From assembly GCA_964036045.1 (NCBI GenBank), contig OZ038379.1, positions 76,818,001 through 76,882,000 on the forward strand: a stretch of DNA of 64,000 nt, written 5' to 3'. This document shows, one piece after another, positions 1-12,200 of the stretch. The translations under genes and the position numbers were made by a program. Position 1 is the first letter of the stretch. The number at the start of each line of letters is the position of its first letter. This DNA comes from Eutreptiella sp. 'Long Island Sound 2002'. Lineage: Eukaryota; Protista; Euglenida. The notes beneath the pieces are model-generated. The model had not been told where the DNA came from and ran no database searches. It saw only the letters and a list, made by a program, of their open reading frames with translations.

Positions 1-485
1 GTTGTAAACTCCTCCAAAATTCATTGCGAGGGGTATAGACCACTCGAGAAGGGATTTTCAGCCCTCCAATATTCATCACGAGGGCTATAGATCCCTCGAA
101 AGGGGGTATAGGGGCACGCGATGAATAGTGGGGGGGTGTACACCGCTCCAAAATTCATCGCGAGGGGTATAGACCATTGAATAGGGGGTATAGGGGCACG
201 CGATAAATATTGGAAGGGGGCGCACCCCTCCAATATTCATCACGAGGGGTATAGTCCACTCAACAGGGGGTACAGGGGCACGCGATGAATATTGGAAGGG
301 TGTACACCCCTCCAAAATTCTTCGCGAGGGGTATAGGGCACTCGACAAGGGGTATAGGGGCACACGATCAATGTTTGAAGGGTGTACACCCCGCCAACAT
401 TGATCGCGAGGGGTATTGACCCCGCGACAGGGAGTATAGGGGCAAGGGGTGAATATTGGGAAGGTGTACACCCCTCCAATATTCA
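1..485. repeat. ~82-bp tandem repeat (about 6 copies, cut by window start) with an internal palindrome
   Basis: The motif cctccaa(t/a)att recurs at ~63, 144, 226, 307, 389 and 471. Each unit contains GCGATGAATATTGGAAGG-GTGTACAC-CCCTCCAATATTCATC, an imperfect ~40-bp palindrome centred on GTGTACAC. Confidence 0.85.
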
Positions 486-1070
486 GCGGGGGAGGAATTG
501 ATGGGGGGGTTATGAAGTGAATAGGGGCGGGCCTATCAAATTGATAGGGGTGACCTAAAAAAATGAATGCAGGGGGCTACGAAATTAATGGGGGGGGGCT
601 ATGAAATTGATGGGGGGGGGGCTATCAAATTGATAGGGCGGGGGGCTATGAAATTGACAGGGGGGGGGCTATGAAATCGATCAGTGGGGGGCTGTGAAAT
701 TGACAAGGCGGGGGGCTATGAAATTCGCAAGGGGGGGATCTATCAAATTGATGGGGGGGGGCTAAAGAATTGATGGGTTGGGGAACTACGAAATTGATAC
801 GGGGGGCTATGAAATTCGCAAGGGGGGGCCTATCAAATTGATAGGGGGGGGGGCTAAGAATCTGATGGTTGGGGGCTATCAAATTGATACGGGGGGTTTA
901 TGAAATTGATATTAGGTGCCTATGAAATTGATACAGGGGGGGGGGGCTATGAAATTCATGCAGGGGGGTAAGAAGTTCATTTGGGGGGGGGGCATGAAAT
1001 TGATAGGGGTCCTATGAAATTGATGGAGCGTTAATGAAATTGATCACGGGCGCTTCTGAAATTGATCGGA
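486..1070 (+). repeat. G-rich ~20-22-bp minisatellite, consensus about GGGGGGGCTATGAAATTGAT(A)
   Basis: More than 20 imperfect copies of GnCTAT(G/C)AAATTGAT with G-runs of roughly 4-11 nt and strong G skew on the + strand. Confidence 0.9.
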
Positions 1071-1382
1071 GGGGGTTATAGTATTTGAACGAGGACCTGC
1101 GGGGACCTATGGCGACACACCACAACACTGCGCAGCATAGCATCGCACACCTACAAGTTGTGATATGATCATTTTCATTGCTGTCATTGTTATTGCATGA
1201 GAAGCAACAACTATAAGACAAAAAAAGAACACCCTCCCGCACCCCCGAGTGAAACCGCGCCACTCAGGCAATTCCCTCAAGCCCCCCCCCCCGCCTTGAA
1301 AAACGTGTAAAGAAAGGAAAGGCAACCCCCAACCAAGGCTTCAAGCAAGGGCACCCCCACAGTGCCTATGCCTATGTCAAAA

Positions 1383-1435
1383 TGTGTGTGTGTGTGTGTG
1401 TGTGTGTGCTTTCTGTGTGTTTGTGTGTGTGTGTG
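1383..1435. repeat. (TG)n microsatellite, interrupted
   Basis: Pure TG run at 1383-1408, then interrupted TG to ~1435. Confidence 0.95.
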
Positions 1436-1849
1436 GGAGCACATCTGCCTGTACATGCGCCAAATCCGTTGGTTTGCTGTGCAATGGTGTCTGATGGCCC
1501 TACAACGCTAGGGTTGAGGCCAGAGAGCGAAAATGTACACCTGGAACGGTGTAGTGAGTGGGTGCAGTTTCCATACTTACTACAAACAAACGAACAAAAC
1601 CAAGGGGGGGGGGTTTTCGGAATCATTTTCCATACTTCCTCATGCATGAGAGCACTGATGAGTGGGGGGGTGGAAGGGCCGGGGAAGGGCTAGACGTGGG
1701 GGGGCAGCATTCTTGCGGGGGGGATCTTCCGTTTGGGGTGGGGGGGGTACTAAATTACAAGGGGAGGTGGGTGAGGTGGATTTATGGTTTGGCTAATGGT
1801 GGTCCATGAACGTCTGATGTGTTATGCCTGATGGCCAACCAGTCCGCGA

Positions 1850-2657
1850 TACACAATCCTGACATAAGGTGTCCTGGACATTTCATTCCATGTAGCGAGC
1901 AAATGCACCGTGTGTCCTCAGTACTTTACCGCATGTCCGGAGCAAATACACCGCGTGTCTTGGGCATTTTGGTGCATGACCAGACCAGATGCACTGTGTG
2001 TCCTCAGCATTTCATGACATGGCCAAAGCAAATGAACCATGTGTCTTCAGGAATTCACTGCATATCCGGTGCAAATACACCGTGTGTCCTGAGCAATTCC
2101 TTGCATGTCCACAGCAAATACACCGTGTGTCGTGAGCAATTCACTGTACGTCCATAGCATATACACCGTGTATCAGAAGTATTTCCTTGCATGACGAGAG
2201 GAAGAACACCGTATCTTTTGAGCAATTCACTGCTTGTCCAGAGCACACACACGTTGTGTTCTGAGCAATTTAGTGCATGTCCCGAGCAAATACACCGTGT
2301 GTCTTCAGCAATTCACTAAATGTGGAGAGCAAATACGCCACTTATCCTTAGCATTTAACGTCGTCTCCAGAGCAAATACACCATGTGTCCTCAGCAATTC
2401 ATTGGATGTGCAGAGCAAATACACCGCGTGTCGTGACCAACTCACTGCGTGAGTAGAGTAAATACAGCGTGCGTCATGAGCATTTCTCTGCATGTTCAGA
2501 GCAAATACCCCGTGTGTCATAAGTACATCCGTGCATGACCAGAGGAAATACAACGTGTCTTCTTAGCAATTCACTGCATGCCGAGAGCAAATGCACTGTG
2601 TGTCCTGTGCGTCATGAGCAATTCCGTGCACCTCAAGAGCAAAGGGGTGTGTCTCCT
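1850..2657 (+). repeat. Diverged monomeric 43-bp satellite (left flank, part 1)
   Basis: Degenerate copies of AGAGCAAATACACCGTGTGTCCTGAGCAATTCACTGCATGTCC at ~43-bp spacing. Confidence 0.9.
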
Positions 2658-2662
2658 AAATA

Positions 2663-5133
2663 CTTAGGCCACGCTAACTGCCCACCCCCCTACGCACAGG
2701 CTGGGCTCCGCGGGGCCATACTGGCCCCTTGTGAGTACACCCAAAAACAGGGTATGAATTCAGCACCTAGGGGACCCCTTGCACCTGGTAGGAAAAAATG
2801 AGTATCTCTACTTATTTAGAATGCTATTCTCATGTAACCACACCACAGTTGTCAAAACACAATAAGGATGCATGCATACTGGAAAAGCAGAGGAAGAAAG
2901 AAGGTTTCTAGAATACAACAAACCTTTCCGGTGTTACACACAAATGTATTATCCACCGAGGCGATGTAGTGCAAGAACTAGGGTAGCACACACTTGGCAA
3001 AGGTTGATGCACCATGTGTGTGCCCAATAATTGTCAATTGATAGTCACTCCAATTCATGCATCATAATCCAGGTCTCTATTTGCCATTGTTGAGAACTCC
3101 GGCCGGAAATTCTTCCAACTTTACACGGATGTAAAAACCAACCGTGTATTCCGGGAAATTTCTGAACCTGGGCGAAATTTCTTCCTGCTTTAGTAAAACA
3201 CAAAAAAACAGTGCGCAAATCGCCAATAGTATCTGCACAGACATCGCAGAACGACATTGAGACGTGTAAGAGGGAAACCATAGAATACAGCAGTCAAAGC
3301 ACACACCATTGTCAATCTAGCGCCGCTTCCTCGGGCGAGGTGCCTTGGTTTGGCACACTTACCAGTAAACAGCCCACCATTTGCTTGTGGTGCCTGGTCA
3401 CCAGGCATCTCACTGTTAGCACCACCAGTGGCACCACGTCCATTCTGTGTCTGCTGGGACGGTGGGAATGGGCTGCAAACGTGCCCAACGCCTTGTTGGG
3501 TGGAGGCTTTGATCCAGGCTTGGAGCTTTGCTGTGAGGGGCTTGCTCCAGCCTGTGATTTCTTAACCTTGGCGGGTGTGCCGTCCCCCTGCTTGCCAGTT
3601 GACTTCGGGCGGGGGGGGGGTTATGGGACTCACCGTCCTCTTCCTCTGGTTGGGTAGCCTCCTCGTCTTGATCTACATACCTCCTCCCCGTACAATCTAC
3701 TGGAAACCCATCTGCAAGGTATTCACACACTCAGTCCCACTGGATTGGTGCCTCAGTGTCGCAGTTCGACACAGCGGCCCTCAGATCAGTAACACATGAC
3801 TCGGGAATAGACTTCACCTCATACAAGTATGCAACTGCAATGTTCATAGGGAACATGCTTTTGAATGGATAGGGGTGCAGAAGAATTTGGTTGCTCTGTG
3901 CAAACCATTACCCATGTACTATGCGGCTGAAACAAATCTAATGCATACAGCAAATAACAGAACACTTCAACGGGAATGGCACTCGTCAGGGTGCCTTGGC
4001 TTTGGCTTTGGTTTGGCGGCTGGTTTAAGCTGTGGTTCTGGTGCAGGGGCGTCAGCAGCAGCAGTTCCCTCACTTCCACTAACGTGCCCTTCATTGTTCA
4101 CCAGGTTTTCGGGCTGTGTACCAACATTTTAAGAGACTTCCATAGAAGACATCGCTTGAAAAGTAAGAAAACATGAGATGCAGAGTGTAAACATGGGGAT
4201 ATCTAGGTGCTCAGACAGCGATATTAACCAACTTAGTTCAAATTTGGAGAAACCAGGCTCAAAAACAGACAGTGCCGTACAACAGGGATGACACAGTGCT
4301 GAAGGCTATGAAATTGACGTTGATCGGAAAGCTGGGCGAAATTTCGCCCAGGTCTAGCAGTTTCAAATGATACCAGGCTCAAAATCATGAAAGTCTGGCG
4401 CCTGGTGGGCTTGATGGGCCCAAGTGACAGTGAGGCAAAGGGCAACATATCAGGCACAGGACAAGCAAAGAAACAACAGGAGGGGGGTTAGGGGAAGTTT
4501 CACCCAGGATCACTGATTGGTGTTTTTGACCTGTACATTTTGCAGAAGAGGCGGAGCTGGGGGAAATTTCGCCCAGGGTCATCAAGACATCAAAATATGT
4601 ACACCTCTTTTGCTATCCGGGGGGGCTGGGGGAAATTTCTCCCAGGTTTGGGACAATTGGCAAATAGAGACAGTGAATTTGAGTTTCAAAGTGTGTATGC
4701 ATGGGACAGTGAGGCAAATGGCAACATATCGGGCACAATACAAGCAAATAAACAACAGGGGGGGGGGGGCTGGGAGAAATTTCACCAAGGATCACTCATT
4801 GTTGATTTTGACCTATACATTTTGCAGAAAAGGCGGAGCTGGGGAAAATTTCGCCTAGGCTCATCAAGACATCAAAATATGTATACCTTTTTTGCTATCC
4901 GGGGGGGCTGGGGGAAATTTCGCCCAGGTTTGGGAAAATTGGCAAATAGAAAATTTGAATTTGAGTTTCAAAGTGTGTATGCATAGGACACACAATAAAT
5001 GTATAATTATTCTTCACCACCTATCACACTACATGCGACACATGGAAAACATACACACAAAAAAAAGACACATAAAAGGCGACAAACTGCCCATGTTTGG
5101 GTCGTAAGGGGCGGGTAGTTAGCGTGGCCTAAG
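2663..5133. mobile_element. Non-autonomous TIR DNA transposon, 2471 bp, superfamily unassigned, inserted in the 43-bp satellite
   Basis: Left TIR CTTAGGCCACGCTAACTGCCCACCCCCCTACG (2663-2694) matches the reverse complement of 5103-5133 (CTTAGGCCACGCTAACTACCCGCCCCTTACG); the first 17 bp are identical. AAATA flanks both ends (2658-2662 and 5134-5138). Satellite resumes on both sides. No transposase ORF seen. Confidence 0.85.
4427..4990 (+). repeat. ~280-bp tandem duplication in the right subterminal region of the 2.47-kb element
   Basis: gacagtgaggcaaa at ~4427 and ~4705; caaagtgtgtatgcat at ~4687 and ~4969. Each copy carries several CTGGGGGAAATTTCGCCCAGG-like boxes. Confidence 0.9.
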
Positions 5134-5138
5134 AAATA

Positions 5139-6214
5139 GTTCATTGCACGACGAAAGCAAACACACCTTGTGTCGTGAGCAATTCCCTGCATGACGAGGG
5201 CCAATGCATCGGGTGTCCTAGACAATTCATTTGATGTATAGAAGAAATGTACCGTGTGTCCTGAGCTATTAATTGCATGCCCACAGCAAATAGATGCTGT
5301 GTGCCGAGCGTTTCGCTACATGATCAGAGCAAATAACCCGTGTGTCCTGAGCATTTCATTACACGATGAGAGAAAATAAACCTCGTGTCCTCAGCAATTT
5401 ACTACATGACCACAGCCAATACATCGGATGTCCTCATCATTTTACAGCATGTTGAGAGCAAATATTTCCAATGTTCATAGCGATTCAGTCCATTTCCAGA
5501 GCAAATACAACCATTGTCCCGAGCAATTCAATGCATGTCCATAGCCAATACACCGTGTGTCCTAAGCGTTTCAATGCATCTCCACAACCAACACAACGTG
5601 TGTATTGAGCAATTCACCGCATGTCCAAAGCAAATACACCGTGGGTCCTCTGTCTCGTGAGCAATTCACCACATTTCTTGAGCAAATACACGGCGTGTCT
5701 TGAGCAATTCACTGCAGGACCAAAGCAAACGTATTGTGTGTCCTGGGCAATTCAGCGCATGTGCAGAGCAAACAAATCCCGTGTAATGAGCATTTCACTG
5801 CATGTTCAAAGCAAATACACGGTGCATAATGAGGAGTGCAGTACATGTCCAAAGCAAATATGCCGCATGTCCGAAGTGATTCACGACATGTCCAGAGCCA
5901 ATACACCGTGTGTCAGAAGTGTCTCCTTGCATGAGCAGAGGAAAAACACCGCGTGTGCTGAGCAATTCACTGCCCGCCCACAGCAAACACACCTTGTGTC
6001 TTAAGCATTTGCCTGCATGTCAGGAACAAATACACCGTGTGTCTTGAGCAATTCACTGTAGGTGGAGAGAAAATACACCGTGTGTCCTTAGCAGTTCACG
6101 TCATCTCTACGGCAAATACACCATGTGTCCCAAGCAATTCATTGGATGTGCAAAGCAAATACACCGTGTGTCTTGACCACCTCACTGCTAGACTAGAGCG
6201 AATACACCATGCGT
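5139..6214 (+). repeat. Diverged monomeric 43-bp satellite (left flank, part 2)
   Basis: Same 43-bp family, without the 982-bp periodicity. Confidence 0.9.
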
Positions 6215-9200
6215 CATGAGCATTTCACTGCATGTCTTACGCAAATACACCGTGTGTCATGAGCCATTCGCTGCGTACCAAGAGCAATGCACCGTGTGTA
6301 CAGAGTGGTCCGCTGCTTGACCAAGGCAAACACAATGTGTGTCTCGAGGAATTCAGTGCACGACAAGAGCAAATACACCGTCGTCTTGAGGGATTCGCTG
6401 CACAACCACACAAAAATACACCGTGTGTCCCGAGCAAAGAACCGCATGTCTAGAGGAAGATAGCCGTGTGTCATGAGCAATCCACTACCTGACCGGAGCA
6501 ACTCAATGCACCACCAGAGCAAATACATCGTATGCTTTGAGCAATGCACTCCATCTCAAGAGCAAATACATCACGTGTCCAGACCATTTCACTGCATGTC
6601 TAGAGCAAATACACCGTGTGTCCTGACCAATGCACTGCATGTCCAGAGTAAATACAACGTGTCTCCTTAGGAATTAGCCGCATGTCTAGAGGGAATACAC
6701 CCTGTGCCCCTTTGTCTTGAGCCATTCACTGCATCTCCAAAGGGAATACACCATGTGTCCTCAGCATTCCCTTGCATGACCAGAGGGAATACACTCTGTC
6801 TTCTTAGCAATTTCCTGCATGTCTAGACCGAATACACCGTGTTTCTTGTGGCTCGTGAGCAATTCATTTCATGCCTAAACCAAATATGCCGTGTGTCTTG
6901 AGAAACTTATTGCATGACCACACCAAACACACTGTGTGTTTTGAGCAATTCACAGCATGTCGAGAGCACATACACCGTGTGTCTTGACCATTTCCTTGCA
7001 GGTAGAGAGTAAATACACCGCGTGGCCTGAGAGTTTCACAGCATGTCTAGAGCAAATACACGGTGAGTCTTGCGCGGTTCATTGCATGTGGAGCACAAAT
7101 ACACCGCGCGTCTAGAGTGTTTCTCGGCATGTTCACAGCAAACACATCGCGTGTCTTGAGCAACTCGCTGCGTTACAAGAGCAAATGCATGTTCGTCAAG
7201 AGCATTTCACTGCATGTCGAGAGCAAATACACCGTGTGTCATGAGCCATTCGCTGTGTACCAAGAGCAATGCACCGTGTGTACAGAGTGGTCCGCTGCGT
7301 GGCCAAGGCAAACACAATGTTTGTCTCGAGCAATTCAGTGCACGACAAGAGCAAATACACCGTCGTCTTGAGGGATTCACTACACAACCAAACAAAAATA
7401 CACCCTGTGTCCCGAGCAAAGAGCTGCATGTCTAGAGGAAGATAGCCGTGTGTCATGAGCAATCCACTACCTGACCGGAGCAATTCAATGCACCACCAGA
7501 GCAAATACATTGTATGCTTTGAGCAATGCACTCCATCTCAAGAGCAAATACATCACGTGTCCAGACCATTTCACTGCATGTCTAGAGCAAATACACCGTG
7601 TGTCCTGACCAATGCACTGCCTGTCCAGAGTAAATACAACGTGTCTGCTTAGGAATTCGCCGCATGTCTAGAGGGAATACACCCTGTGCCCCTGTGTCTT
7701 GAGCCATTCACTGCATCTCCAAAGCGAATACACCATGTGTCCTCAGCATTCCCTTGCATGACCAGAGGGAATACACTCTGTCTTCTTAGCAATTTCCTGC
7801 ATGTCTAGACGGAATACACCGTGTTTCTTGTGGCTCGTGAGCAATTCAGTTCATGCCTAGACCAAAGATGCCGTGTGTCTTGAGAAACTTATTGCATGAC
7901 CACACCAAACACACTGTGTGTTTTGAGCAATTCACAGCATGTCGAGAGCACATACACCGTGTGTCTTGACCATTTCCTTGCAGGTAGAGAGCAAATACAC
8001 CGCGTGGCCTTAGAGTTTCACAGCATGTCTAGAGCAAATACACGGTGAGTCTTGCGCGGTTCATTGCATGTGGAGCACAAATACACCGCGCGTCTAGAGT
8101 GTTTCTCGGCATGTTCACAGCAAACACATTGCGTGTCTTGAGCAACTCGCTGCGTTACAAGAGCAAATGCACGTTCGTCAAGAGCATTTCACTGCATGTC
8201 GAGAGCAAATACACCGTGTGTCATGAGCCATTCGCTGCGTACCAAGAGCAATGCACCGTGTGTACAGAGTGGTCCGCTGCGTGACCAAGGCAAACACAAT
8301 GTGTGTCTCGAGGAATTCAGTGCACGACAAGAGCAAATACACCGTCGTCTTGAGGGATTCGCTGCACAACCAAATAAAAATACACCGTGTGTCCCGAGCA
8401 AAGAACCGCATGTCTAGAGGAAGATAGCCGTGTGTCATGAGCAATCCACTACCTGACCGGAGCAATTCAATGCACCACCAGAGCAAATACATCGTATGCT
8501 TTGAGCAATGCACTCCATCTCAAGAGCAAATACATCACGTGTCAAGACCATTTCACTGCATGTCTAGAGCAAATACACCGTGTGTCCTGACCAATGCACT
8601 GCCTGTCCAGAGTAAATACAACGTGTCTGCTTAGGAATTCGCCGCATGTCTAGAGGGAATACACCCTGTGCCCCTGTGTCTTGAGCCATTCACTGCATCT
8701 CCAAAGCGAATACACCATGTGTCCTCGGCATTCCCTTGCATGACCAGAGGGAATACACTCTGTCTTCTTAGCAATTTCCTGCATGTCTAGACCGAATACA
8801 CCGTGTTTTTTGTGGCTCCTGAGCAATGCAGTTCATGCCTAGACCAAATATGCCGTGTGTCTTGAGAAACTTATTGCATGACCACAGCAAACACATTGTG
8901 TGTTTTGAGCAATTCACAGCATGTCGAGAGCACATACACCGTGTGTCTTGACCATTTCCTTGCAGGTAGAGAGCAAATACACCGCGTGGCCTGAGAGTTT
9001 CACAGCATGTCTGGAGCAAATACACGGTGAGTCTTGCGCGGTTCATTGCATGTGGACCACAAATACACCGCGCGTCTAGAGTGTTTCTCGGCATGTTCAC
9101 AGCAAACACATCGCGTGTCTTGAGCAACTCGCTGCGTTACAAGAGCAAATGCACGTTCGTCAAGAGCATTTCACTGCATGTCGAGAGCAAATACACCGTG

Positions 9201-12200
9201 TGTCATGAGCCATTCGCTGCGTACCAAGAGCAATGCACCGTGTGTACAGAGTGGTCCACTGCGTGACCAAGGCAAACACACTGTGTGTCTCGAGGAATTC
9301 AGTGCACGACAAGAGCAAATACACCGTCGTCTTGAGGGATTCGCTGCACAACCACATAAAAATACACCGTGTGTCCCGAGCAAAGAACCGCATGTCTAGA
9401 GGAAGATAGCCGTGTGTCATGAGCAATCCACTACCTGACCGGAGCAATCCAATGCACCACCAGAGCAAATACATCGTATGCTTTGAGCAATGCACTCCAT
9501 CTCAAGAGCAAATACATCACGTGTCCAGACCATTTCACTGCATGTCTAGAGCAAATACACCGTGTGTCCTGACCAATGCACTGCCTGTCCAGAGTAAATA
9601 CAACGTGTCTCCTTAGGTATTCGCCGCATGTCTAGAGGGAATACACCCTGTGCCCCTGTGTCTTGAGCCATTCACTGCATCTCCAAAGCGAATACACCAT
9701 GTGTCCTCAGCATTCCCTTGCATGACCAGAGGGAATACACTCTGTCTTCTTAGCAGTTTCCTGCATGTCTAGACCGAATACACCGTGTTTCTTGTGGCTC
9801 GTGAGCAATTCAGTTCATGCCTAGACCAAATATGCCGTGTGTCTTGAGAAACTTATTGCATGACCACAGCAAACACACTGTGTGTTTTGAGCAATTCACA
9901 GCATGTCGAGAGCACATACACCATGTGTCTTGACCATTTCCTTGCAGGTAGAGAGCAAATACACCGCGTGGCCTGAGGGTTTCACAGCATGTCTAGAGCA
10001 AATACACGGTGAGTCTTGCGCGGTTCATTGCATGTGGAGCACAAACACACCGCGCGTCTAGAGTGTTTCTCGGCATGTTCACAGCAAACACATCGCGTGT
10101 CTTGAGCAACTCGCTGCGTTACAAGAGCAAATGCACGTTCGTCAAGAGCATTTCACTGCATGTCTTACGCAAATACACCGTGTGTCATGAGCCATTCGCT
10201 GCGTACCAAGAGCAATGCACCGTGTGTACAGAGTGGTCCGCTGCGTGACCAAGGCAAACACAATGTGTGTCTCGAGGAATTCAGTGCACGACAAGAGCAA
10301 ATACACCGTCGTCTTGAGGGATTCGCTGCATAACCACACAAAAATACACTGTGTGTCCCGAGCAAAGAACCGCACGTCTGGAGGAAGATAGCCGTGTGTC
10401 ATGAGCAATCCACTACCTGACCGGAGCAATCCAATGCACCACCAGAGCAAATACACTGTATGCTTTGAGCAATGCACTCCATCTCAAGAGCAAATACATC
10501 ACGTGTCCAGACCATTTCACTGCATGTCTAGAGCAAATACACCGTGTGTCCTGACCAATGCACTGCCTGTCTAGAGTAAATACAACGTGTCTCCTTAGGA
10601 ATTCGCCGCATGTCTAGAGGGAATACACCCTGTGCCCCTGTGTCTTGAGCCATTCACTGCATCTCCAAAGCGAATACACCATGTGTCCTCAGCATTCCCT
10701 TGCATGACCAGAGGGAATACACTCTGTCTTCTTAGCAATTTCCTGCATGTCTAGACCGAATACACCGTGTTTCTTGTGGCTCCTGAGCAATGCAGTTCAT
10801 GCCTAGACCAAATATGCTGTGTGTCTTGAGAAACTTATTGCATGACCACAGCAAATACACTGTGTGTTTTGAGCAATTCACAGCATGTCGAGAGCACATA
10901 CACCATGTGTCTTGACCATTTCCTTGCAGGTAGAGAGCAAATACACCGCCCGGCCTGAGAGTTTCATAGCATGTCTAGAGCAAATACACGGTGAGTCTTG
11001 CGCGGTTCATTGCATGTGGAGCACAAATACACCGCGCGTCTAGAGTGTTTCTCGGCATGTTCACAGCAAACACATCGCGTGTCTTGAGCAACTCGCTGCG
11101 TTACAAGAGCAAATGCATGTTCGTCAAGAGCATTTCACTGCATGTCGAGAGCAAATACACCGTGTGTCATGAGCCATTCGCTGCGTACCAAGAGCAATGC
11201 ACCGTGTGTACAGAGTGGTCCGCTGCGTGACCAAGGCAAACACAATGTGTGTCTCGAGCAATTCAGTGCACGACAAGAGCAAATACACCGTCGTCTTGAG
11301 GGATTCGCTGCACAACCACATAAAAATACACCGTGTGTCCCGAGCAAAGAACCGCATGTCTAGAGGAAGATAGCCGTGTGTCATGAGCAATCCACTACCT
11401 GACCGGAGCAATTCAATGCACCACCAGAGCAAATACATCGTATGCTTTGAGCAATGCACTCCATCTCAAGAGCAAATACATCACGTGTCCAGACCATTTC
11501 ACTGCATGTCTAGAGCAAATACACCGTGTGTCCTGACCAATGCACTGCCTGTCCAGAGTAAATACAACGTGTCTCCTTAGGAATTCGCCGCATGTCTAGA
11601 GGGAATACACCCTGTGCCCCTGTGTCTTGAGCCATTCACTGCATCTCCAAAGCGAATACACCATGTGTCCTCAGCATTCCCTTGCATGACCAGAGGGAAT
11701 ACACTCTGTCTTCTTAGCAGTTTCCTGCATGTCTAGACCGAATACACCGTGTTTCTTGTGGCTCGTGAGCAATTCAGTTCATGCCTAGACCAAATATGCC
11801 GTGTGTCTTGAGAAACTTATTGCATGACCACAGCAAACACACTGCGTGTTTTGAGCAATTCACAGCATGTCGAGAGCACATACACCATGTGTCTTGACCA
11901 TTTCCTTGCAGGTAGAGAGCAAATACACCGCGTGGCCTGAGGGTTTCACAGCATGTCTAGAGCAAATACACGGTGAGTCTTGCGCGGTTCATTGCATGTG
12001 GAGCACAAATACACCGCGCGTCTAGAGTGTTTCTCGGCATGTTCACAGCAAACACATCGCGTGTCTTGAGCAACTCGCTGCGTTACAAGAGCAAATGCAC
12101 GTTCGTCAAGAGCATTTCACTGCATGTCTTACGCAAATACACCGTGTGTCATGAGCCATTCGCTGCGTACCAAGAGCAATGCACCGTGTGTACAGAGTGG

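Noticed and set aside
3416-3800. PHD-finger or transposase remnant inside the 2.47-kb TIR element (IQWD*VCEY...DCTG)
   Set aside because: Most zinc ligands are missing and there is an in-frame stop; not supportable without an HMM search.
2663-5133. Polinton/Maverick or Transib assignment based on the 5-bp TSD
   Set aside because: The element is far too short, has no polymerase or integrase, and its termini do not match the AG-repeat (Polinton) or CAC (Transib) starts.
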